A stretch of 27,428 bases of DNA from a virus (Duplodnaviria; Caudoviricetes): the IMG/VR virus record IMGVR_UViG_3300037461_000785, positions 1 to 27,428 of that record, one strand, 5' to 3'. Below the pieces are notes generated by a model. That model saw nothing but the letters and a program-made list of their open reading frames with translations. It made no database searches and was not told where the DNA came from. The position numbers and the translations under genes are program-made. Below, one piece after another: positions 8,384 to 15,442 of the stretch (position 1 is the first letter of the stretch; each line of letters begins with the position of its first letter).

Positions 8384-8871
8384 ATGTTTCGTTAAAATAT
8401 GGTACTCATTTACCTTGTCTTATTCAGGCTTTTTCTAAGACTACAGGAGATATTTTGGAACTAGGAACTGGAATATTCAGTACTCCTTACTTACATTATG
8501 CTTGTACTCTTGCTAAACGCAATCTGGTGAGTTATGAGAATTATAGAGAATGGTTTGATTTTATCAGTAAATACGAAAATGAATACCATAAGATTTTTTG
8601 GGTAGAAAAATATAGCGATTTAGTTTGGGATAAGACATGGGATATAGTACTGATTGACCAAACACCGGATTCCAGCAGATCAGAAGAGGCAGTAAGACTC
8701 AAAGATAAAGCAAAATATATAGTAATCCACGATTCCAATCCAAGTAATTATAAAGTAACCCATTATGACAAGATTTATCCTTTGTTTAAATTTAAGACGG
8801 ATTGGCATGGAGATAAAAATAGAGCGACAGTATTAAGTAATTTAGTAGATTTAAAGGATTTTTGGCTATGA
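8368..8871 (+). CDS. Class I SAM-dependent methyltransferase-like protein
   Basis: ILELGTGIFST, SYEN, DIVLID and IVIHDS motifs. Confidence 0.75.
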   Translation: MATQMNVSLKYGTHLPCLIQAFSKTTGDILELGTGIFSTPYLHYACTLAKRNLVSYENYREWFDFISKYENEYHKIFWVEKYSDLVWDKTWDIVLIDQTPDSSRSEEAVRLKDKAKYIVIHDSNPSNYKVTHYDKIYPLFKFKTDWHGDKNRATVLSNLVDLKDFWL

Positions 8872-9431
8872 CTTTAGAATTTGTACTTAATAAGTTTAAA
8901 TTGGACTCTAAAACGGTTTTTCCGGTTAGATTAATATTTAAACGGTATGATATGGCCGGAATGTTTAGGGAATTGGGGTATAAGATAGGTGCTGAAATAG
9001 GAGTAGATAAAGGACATTATTCCGAGATACTATGTTTACAAAATCCAACAGCAAAAGTATATGCTATAGACTCTTGGGAGGGAGAGTATGAAAGCCATTA
9101 TGAAGAAGCTAAAAAACGGTTAGCTCCCTATAATTGCATTATTATTAAATCAACCAGTATGGAAGCGGTTAAGAAGTTTAAAGAAGGAAGTCTGGACTTT
9201 GTTTATATTGACGCTAACCATGATTACGATCATGTTAAAGAGGATTTAGAAGAATGGTCAAAGATTGTCAGGACTGATGGAATAGTCAGTGGACACGACT
9301 ATGGACATTATAAGCATAAAGACCGTAATTTAGGTTCAAAACAAGCCATAAATGAATATGTTTCCAAATACAATAAAAAATTATTTCTTGTAAACAGGAA
9401 TTTTCAGACTTCCTGGTTTTTTGTAAAATGA
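8868..9431 (+). CDS. Class I SAM-dependent methyltransferase (Methyltransf_24-like)
   Basis: GAEIGVDKG, IDSW, DFVYIDANHDY and GIVSGHDY. ATG 8868 overlaps the upstream TGA. Confidence 0.9.
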   Translation: MTLEFVLNKFKLDSKTVFPVRLIFKRYDMAGMFRELGYKIGAEIGVDKGHYSEILCLQNPTAKVYAIDSWEGEYESHYEEAKKRLAPYNCIIIKSTSMEAVKKFKEGSLDFVYIDANHDYDHVKEDLEEWSKIVRTDGIVSGHDYGHYKHKDRNLGSKQAINEYVSKYNKKLFLVNRNFQTSWFFVK

Positions 9432-10090
9432 ATACTTATAAATACATAATAGACAAATACAAAATAACAGTAGGTAATCAATATATAGTTGATATACCTA
9501 ATATCACAAGAGAAGATTTAGCAAAACTATTCGCTGAATTGAAATTCAAAATAGGTGTAGAAGTAGGAGTAGATAAGGGTGAATATTCTGAAGTTTTATG
9601 CAAGACTAATCCGCAAGCGACTATTTATGGTATTGATCCTTATGACCGGGCAGCCTATGAACCGAATATTAAACCTCATGAGGCTGGAATATGGGATACC
9701 CAAGAAGGATTTGAAAGTAATTTTGAAAAAGCAATTAAATTATTATCTCCTTATAAAAATTATACTCTTATCAGGAAATACTCATCAGAAGCTCTAACGG
9801 ATTTTGAAGATAATTCATTAGATTTTGTCTATATAGATGCTAACCATGATTTTCCTAACTTTATTTACGATCTCCATTATTGGTTAAAGAAAGTAAGAAT
9901 AGGTGGAATTATGTCAGGCCATGATTACGCAGTTTATTCTTACAAAAAGTTTAATCATGTTAAAAGGGCATTAGATGCTTATGCAAGATCGTACCGGATG
10001 ATTCCATTTTTTGTTGTCGGAAGATTTGAGAAATTAGATGGAGAAGTCCGAGATAAATTCAGAAGTTGGTTCTGGGTAAAAGATAAATAA
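9428..10090 (+). CDS. Class I SAM-dependent methyltransferase (Methyltransf_24-like), tandem paralogue
   Basis: GVEVGVDKG, DFVYIDANHD, GGIMSGHDY, and a SWFWVK end matching SWFFVK of the preceding gene. Confidence 0.9.
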   Translation: MNTYKYIIDKYKITVGNQYIVDIPNITREDLAKLFAELKFKIGVEVGVDKGEYSEVLCKTNPQATIYGIDPYDRAAYEPNIKPHEAGIWDTQEGFESNFEKAIKLLSPYKNYTLIRKYSSEALTDFEDNSLDFVYIDANHDFPNFIYDLHYWLKKVRIGGIMSGHDYAVYSYKKFNHVKRALDAYARSYRMIPFFVVGRFEKLDGEVRDKFRSWFWVKDK

Positions 10091-10097
10091 GGAGGTG
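10090..10097 (+). promoter_or_regulatory. Shine-Dalgarno of gmhA
   Basis: AGGAGGTG 4 nt upstream of ATG 10102, one of few clear SD sites in the window. Confidence 0.7.
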
Positions 10098-10101
10098 AAA
10101 T

Positions 10102-10698
10102 ATGGAACAGTTTGATATAGAAATATACTTTGATTTAATAGGTAAGGCAGCGTTATCATTTATTGATGATCCTGCTTATACGGATGCATTAGATATTTTA
10201 GAAGATTGTTATAAGCGAAAAGGTACTGTTTTTACAATGGGTTGTGGAGGTTCAGCTTCAACGGCAACTCATTTTGCTGCTGATCTGGCTAAAACAGTCA
10301 GTTCAGATAAAGGATTTAAAGCATTATCATTAGTGGATAATATACCTCTTGTGAGTGCTTGGATAAATGATTTCGGTTGGGAAAGTGTTTTTGAAGGCCA
10401 ATTAAGATCTTGGATTACTAAAAATGATGTATTAGTTGGGTTTTCAGTTCATGGAGGGAATAAAAAATGGTCAGGTAATTTAACTAAGGCAATGATGTTA
10501 GCAAAAGAACGGGGAGCAAAGATTATCGGATTTTCCGGATTTGATGGAGGAGCAATGAAAGAATTAGCAGATGCATGTTTGGTAGTAGATACTTTAAGTG
10601 AAACATACGGGACTCCCTTAGTTGAAGCAATGCACGTTGTAATTCATCATGGTATGGTATTTGATTTAAAAGAAAGGATTAAAAATGCAAAAATATAA
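10102..10698 (+). CDS. gmhA: SIS-domain phosphosugar isomerase, GmhA (phosphoheptose isomerase)-like
   Basis: GCGGSASTATHFAADL, SAWINDFG, DVLVGFSVHGG, GFSGFDGG and VEAMH. Confidence 0.85.
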   Translation: MEQFDIEIYFDLIGKAALSFIDDPAYTDALDILEDCYKRKGTVFTMGCGGSASTATHFAADLAKTVSSDKGFKALSLVDNIPLVSAWINDFGWESVFEGQLRSWITKNDVLVGFSVHGGNKKWSGNLTKAMMLAKERGAKIIGFSGFDGGAMKELADACLVVDTLSETYGTPLVEAMHVVIHHGMVFDLKERIKNAKI

Positions 10699-11407
10699 AT
10701 CAGGAATCTTTTATGATTCGGCTAATCTTGAAGAATTAAGTAAGTGGTTTAAAACAGGTATTATTGGAGGAGCAACTACTAATCCGGTTATCCTGCAAAA
10801 GGAAGGGATATTTAATATCCCGGAGCATATTTCAAAGATGATAGAGATTGTCGGTTATGATTTTCCTATTTCTATAGAAGTTCCAGATTCGGAAATGACA
10901 GTGGATGAAATGATTAAACTGGCATTGGCTTATAGAGATAGGTTTCCGCATAATGCGGTAATTAAAATTCCTATGGATGCCAATAATCCGCAAAAGTCAT
11001 TTGAAGTAATGAATTACTTAAGTAAGAAAAGCGTACAGATTAATGCTACATTGGGACTTACGGCCGGACAGCTTATAGGGGCAGCAGAAGCTCTTCGTAA
11101 TGGCAGTAAGAGTTATCTCAGTCTGTTTTGGGGTAGGTGTGATGAGGCAGGAGGAAGCGGGGCAGTTGCTACCTTAACTACCGTATTGAAGTATTTAGAA
11201 GTACATAGATTAGAGAATGTTAAGGTTATTATCGGAAGTATAAGGAATATTAGCCAGATTGAACAGGCTTTCACACTAGGAGCGCATATAGTAACGATAC
11301 CGCCTAAGTTAATAGGTGAATGGATGTTTACTAAACGTGGAGTGGAAACAGCAGATCAGTTTAATAAGGCATATAGGGATATAAAAGATAAGGTGGTATT
11401 AGTATGA
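10685..11407 (+). CDS. tal: Transaldolase (small TalC/FSA family)
   Basis: FYDSAN, GATTNP, ISIEV, VIKIP (Schiff-base Lys), INATL, SLFWGR, GSIR and GAHIVTIPP. The Glu in SIEV and Phe in SLFW point to transaldolase rather than FSA. Confidence 0.88.
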   Translation: MQKYKSGIFYDSANLEELSKWFKTGIIGGATTNPVILQKEGIFNIPEHISKMIEIVGYDFPISIEVPDSEMTVDEMIKLALAYRDRFPHNAVIKIPMDANNPQKSFEVMNYLSKKSVQINATLGLTAGQLIGAAEALRNGSKSYLSLFWGRCDEAGGSGAVATLTTVLKYLEVHRLENVKVIIGSIRNISQIEQAFTLGAHIVTIPPKLIGEWMFTKRGVETADQFNKAYRDIKDKVVLV

Positions 11408-11880
11408 TTGTAGGAAAAGGCGACCTGGCTAAGGTTATTAAAGACAGACCGGGTTTTTGTTTCTTTGCCAGCGGTGTTTCTAATTCTTCTGAAATAAAGG
11501 AATCCGAATACCAAAGGGAAAAGGATTTGTTGTTAAAACAGCAAAAAGACTTGCATATAGTTTACTTCAGTTCTCTATCTGTATTCTACGGAAATTCAAG
11601 ATATGTTGAACATAAGAAACAAATGGAGGAATTAGTACAAGGTTTTCCAAGCTATACAATAGTCCGGTTGGGTAATATAACTTGGGGTGATAATCCGCAT
11701 ACGCTGATAAATTACCTTAGAGCACATCCAAAGGCTGAAATAAGAGATGAATGGCGGTATATCTGTGATAAGGATGAGTTTCTGCATTGGATGGAATTAA
11801 TTCCTGACTGGAATTGTGAAATGAATATTCCCGGTATTAGAATGAAAGTTAAAGATGTATATGATAAGTATATTCTATAA
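11404..11880 (+). CDS. Short NAD-dependent epimerase/dehydratase-like protein
   Basis: MIVGKGDLA, FFASGVSNS, YFSS, the YxxxK motif YVEHK, and IVRLGN. Confidence 0.7.
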   Translation: MIVGKGDLAKVIKDRPGFCFFASGVSNSSEIKESEYQREKDLLLKQQKDLHIVYFSSLSVFYGNSRYVEHKKQMEELVQGFPSYTIVRLGNITWGDNPHTLINYLRAHPKAEIRDEWRYICDKDEFLHWMELIPDWNCEMNIPGIRMKVKDVYDKYIL

Positions 11881-12715
11881 ACCAGCATTTCTTAATATAA
11901 ATCCGAGTGAACCGTTTTATTTACGCAAAAAGCCTCCCAGAGGCCATTTAATGCGTGTTTCTTCAATTATCCGGGGAGACCAGATAGCTAAGCAGATAGG
12001 AGCAAAACTTAATCCTGAAAGCGGTTATGAAAACGATGTCTGTATTTATGTAAAACCACAGGTAAGAAAAGGCGGGGATTTTGAGTTCAAAGGCAGGGTG
12101 AATTACCTGGATATGATTGATGGACATAATTTAGCGGAAGTTGCCAAAAAACATCCGGAAGTAGGAGTTATTGTCTGTTCTAAAGCAGATTATAATATTA
12201 TGTCAAAAGAGATACCTAATAAAATTGTACTTATTCCGCAGCATCATTGTAATTTTGAAAGAACCAGAAAAACAGTAAGGGAAATTAAGAGAATAGGAGT
12301 AATTGGTACAAGAGGAGCTTTTCCTTTTCTACCAAAAGAATTAAAACCGGAATTGTCAAAAAGAGGAATAGAGCTTGTTGAATATTCGCAATTCTTTTCA
12401 AGAGAAAATATTATTGATTTCTATATGGATATAGACTTGCAGATTGTCTGGAGACCATATAGAAAAATACTTTCCAATCCTTTAAAGTTAGTTAATGCCT
12501 CTTCCTTCGGAATACCAACCGTAGCTCTTGATGAAAAAGCCTTCTGGGAATTAAAAGGTATATACATACCAGTCGGTACATTAGAAAGCCTTTTAGAGGC
12601 AATAGACAGCCTTGTAAAATCACCAGATCTTTATTTTGATTATTCTATTAGATGTATTGAGAAGGCAGAAGAATACCATATAGAAAATATAGGTAAGTTA
12701 TATGAAAAGTTATAA
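11855..12715 (+). CDS. GT-B fold (GT4-like) glycosyltransferase
   Basis: C-terminal SNPLKLVNASSFGIPTVA and AEEYHIENIGKLY motifs. Start at 11855 or 11861. Confidence 0.7.
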   Translation: MYMISIFYKPAFLNINPSEPFYLRKKPPRGHLMRVSSIIRGDQIAKQIGAKLNPESGYENDVCIYVKPQVRKGGDFEFKGRVNYLDMIDGHNLAEVAKKHPEVGVIVCSKADYNIMSKEIPNKIVLIPQHHCNFERTRKTVREIKRIGVIGTRGAFPFLPKELKPELSKRGIELVEYSQFFSRENIIDFYMDIDLQIVWRPYRKILSNPLKLVNASSFGIPTVALDEKAFWELKGIYIPVGTLESLLEAIDSLVKSPDLYFDYSIRCIEKAEEYHIENIGKLYEKL

Positions 12716-14336
12716 ATTATCAATCATAATTCCCGGCAGGAATGAAGAATTTTTGGGTAAAACCATAGAGGATGTCCTTTCGCATACTTCAGATCAGACT
12801 GAAATAATTGCAATTCTTGACGGTTATCTACCTAATCCTCCTCTTAAACCTGATCCAAGAATTACCGTTATTTATAATCCTGTTGCAGTAGGCCAACGTG
12901 GGGCGTGCAATCAGGGAGTAAAACTATCAAGATCCAAATATGTATTAAAACTTGATGCTCATTGTGCAGTTGATGAGAATTTTGATACTAAAATGATACA
13001 AGCTATGGATCAATTACCGGAGAATACAACACTTATTCCCGTTATGCGTAATCTTCATATCTTTGATTGGGTATGTCCGGAAGGCCATAGACGATATCAG
13101 AGTCCTTCAGGAGTATGTGAGACATGTAAAAAGCCGACTGTTAAAGAGATAGTTTGGATTCCTAAGCGAAGTCCGGCTACCCATTCATTCAGATTTGATA
13201 AAACAATGCATTTTCAGTACTTTGGAGAATATTCCAAACGGCCTGAAGTCCAAAAAGGAATAGAAGTTAATGGTGTATATAATCCGGATTTTAGGCATAC
13301 TATGAGTATTCAGGGATCATGTTTTATGACTACTAAGAAGATGTATCTTGATCTAGAACTTAATAGTGAACAATTTCATAGTTGGGGTCAGCAAGGAGTG
13401 GAAATAGCATGTAAGACATGGCTTTCAGGTGGACAAGTAGTAGTTTATATGAAAACCTGGTACGCCCATTGTTTCAGAACAAGAGGCGGTGATTTTGGTT
13501 TTCCTTACCATAATCCGCAGGATAAAGTCAATGAAAATAGGGAATTATCAAGAGAATTATTCCAGCGGAATAAGTGGCCTCTTGCTAAACGTAAATTCCA
13601 GTGGATTCTGGATAAGTTTAATCCTCCGGATTGGGGAATCAACAAAGGTGTAATTTATTACACAGATAACCAGTTGGATGAGAAGATTGCTAAACCGGTA
13701 CGGGATCAGCTGACAAAAGCCGTACAAGGGAAAAATATATCAATTACCTGTTCTTCATTAAGAAAAATGGATTTTGGGGATAGAAAAGTCCGTTTTCCAA
13801 CAATGAAAAGAGGATATACAACTATGTTTAAACAGATTCTGGGGGCTTTGGAAAAAAGCAGTGCAGATATTATTTTCTTTACCGAGCATGACGTACTTTA
13901 CCATCCTTCTCATTTTGACTTTACTCCGCCTGATAAAGAAACCTTTTACTATAATCAGAATGTCTGGTATTTACGGGAAGATGGTCATGCAATGCATTAT
14001 GATGTTAATCAGTTATCAGGGCTTTGTGTCTGGAGAGAAACAGCCTTAATTCATTTCAGGGAACGGTATGAACGGTTTTTAAAGGAAGAATTTACCAGAA
14101 ATACCGGATTTGAACCATTTACCCATCATAGAGTCAGTTGGAAGAATGAATTTAAGATGGGAACTTGGAAATCAGAATTTCCTAATGTAGATATTAGGTT
14201 TGGCGTCAATGCAACCGGTATGAGATGGAAGAAAGAGCAATACCGTAACCAACAACTTCTTATTAATTGGATAGAAAGTGAAACTTCAATTCCCGGATGG
14301 GAAAATACGAAAGACCTCGTAAAAACACTTCAATAA
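12702..14336 (+). CDS. Two-domain glycosyltransferase: DxH GT-A domain with metal-finger insert plus a second GT-A-like domain
   Basis: LSIIIPGRNE, KLDAHC, CPEGH...CETC, MSIQGSCF, SWGQQGVEIACKTWLSGG and WYAHCFR. The second domain has IYYTDN and FFTEHDVLY. Confidence 0.88.
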   Translation: MKSYKLSIIIPGRNEEFLGKTIEDVLSHTSDQTEIIAILDGYLPNPPLKPDPRITVIYNPVAVGQRGACNQGVKLSRSKYVLKLDAHCAVDENFDTKMIQAMDQLPENTTLIPVMRNLHIFDWVCPEGHRRYQSPSGVCETCKKPTVKEIVWIPKRSPATHSFRFDKTMHFQYFGEYSKRPEVQKGIEVNGVYNPDFRHTMSIQGSCFMTTKKMYLDLELNSEQFHSWGQQGVEIACKTWLSGGQVVVYMKTWYAHCFRTRGGDFGFPYHNPQDKVNENRELSRELFQRNKWPLAKRKFQWILDKFNPPDWGINKGVIYYTDNQLDEKIAKPVRDQLTKAVQGKNISITCSSLRKMDFGDRKVRFPTMKRGYTTMFKQILGALEKSSADIIFFTEHDVLYHPSHFDFTPPDKETFYYNQNVWYLREDGHAMHYDVNQLSGLCVWRETALIHFRERYERFLKEEFTRNTGFEPFTHHRVSWKNEFKMGTWKSEFPNVDIRFGVNATGMRWKKEQYRNQQLLINWIESETSIPGWENTKDLVKTLQ

Positions 14337-14366
14337 TTGCCATAAAATAAAATTTTAGATTAATCT
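14337..14366 (+). promoter_or_regulatory. Conserved phage promoter copy 1 (TTGCCA-18-TAATCT)
   Basis: TTGCCATAAAATAAAATTTTAGATTAATCT, with ATG 7 nt later. The motif recurs at 18235 and 21940. Confidence 0.8.
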
Positions 14367-14373
14367 TATAGAT

Positions 14374-15378
14374 ATGGCTACTTGTTTATTGTTTGATGAT
14401 GCCAACAGCGAATATGTAGATTGCGGTACGGATGTGGCCGCTTTGGAAAATACCTCTTTTACTATCGAGGCGTGGGTAAAGCCCGTAGCGGGGGCAGGAA
14501 ACAGGATAATTTTCTACTATGGGGATATAACAGCACCGAGAACTGGTTACGGTATCGGTATTGAGGGAACTACCGAGAAATTTTACATAGATGTCAACGC
14601 CGACAGTTCGGACAGTGCGGTATTTGCTAAAACAGCAACAACCTCTTGGCAACACGTAGCAATAACCTATAACGCCACTAACAATGTTACCCGGTTATAT
14701 GTTGATGGCGCATATATAGAACAAAACACATCTGATATCGCTGCCGACCCATTATTTACCGACAGCAACACGGCTTATCTGGGTTGTTTGGAAGGGGCGG
14801 CTTTTTATGACGGACGGATATCGGATTTGCGAATTTGGAATGATGTTCGTACTGATCAAGAAATTTCTGATTATTATAACAAGAGATTAACAGGTTCTGA
14901 AGATGGATTGGTTATTTATTATAAGATGGATGAAAATACAGGAACAACCTTAAACGACCTATCAGCCACTAACCAGGACGGGACTTTTGCAGCAGGGGGG
15001 GCAGCTCCTGCTTGGGATGCAGATAATCCAACATTTGTTAGTGCAAGCGCATCAGTTTCCAGATCTTTAAGTCCATCAGGATCAGAGAGTAAAAGTGAAT
15101 CACAATCTCAGAGTCCATCGGCTTCTGGAAGTGCTAGTGAATCACAGTCTTTAAGTCCATCTGCTAGTGAGTCTAAATCTGAGTCTAAGTCTGAGTCTAA
15201 ATCTGAATCAAAATCTCTTAGTCCAAGTGCTAGTGAGAGTAAAAGTGAATCTAGTAGTCCATCTTCTTCAGGATCCGCATCTATTAGTGCCAGTTCTTCT
15301 CCTTCCCCGGCTGAATATACAAATAAATATTCAACATCAGGAAATACTTATACTGATAAATATACAACAACTTATTAA
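14374..15378 (+). CDS. LamG/concanavalin A-like domain virion protein with Ser-X stalk
   Basis: FTIEAWVK, WQHVAITY, LYVDG, GRISDLRIWN and GLVIYYKMDE, then ~90 aa of Ser-X and a YTxKY x2 tail. No signal peptide is evident. Confidence 0.88.
   Translation: MATCLLFDDANSEYVDCGTDVAALENTSFTIEAWVKPVAGAGNRIIFYYGDITAPRTGYGIGIEGTTEKFYIDVNADSSDSAVFAKTATTSWQHVAITYNATNNVTRLYVDGAYIEQNTSDIAADPLFTDSNTAYLGCLEGAAFYDGRISDLRIWNDVRTDQEISDYYNKRLTGSEDGLVIYYKMDENTGTTLNDLSATNQDGTFAAGGAAPAWDADNPTFVSASASVSRSLSPSGSESKSESQSQSPSASGSASESQSLSPSASESKSESKSESKSESKSLSPSASESKSESSSPSSSGSASISASSSPSPAEYTNKYSTSGNTYTDKYTTTY
15040..15309 (+). repeat. Ser-X dipeptide coding repeat tract 2
   Basis: SASASVSRSLSPSGSESKSESQ...SPSP. Confidence 0.92.
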
Positions 15379-15442
15379 AATATAGCAATTATACCTATAA
15401 ACATATCAAATTAAATTAGATAAGTTTAAATAATATAGGATT

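Noticed and set aside
1647-14336. Cellular O-antigen/capsule cluster, or DNA hypermodification cluster
   Set aside because: No flippase, polymerase, ABC exporter or undecaprenyl initiator, and no base-modifying or replication genes nearby. DNA or host-surface targets are less likely but not formally excluded.
15379-15442. Fourth copy of the TTGCCA promoter, or a terminator
   Set aside because: TAATAT lies 6 nt before the ATG, but there is no TTGCCA box at the right spacing and no GC hairpin. It is too AT-rich to call.
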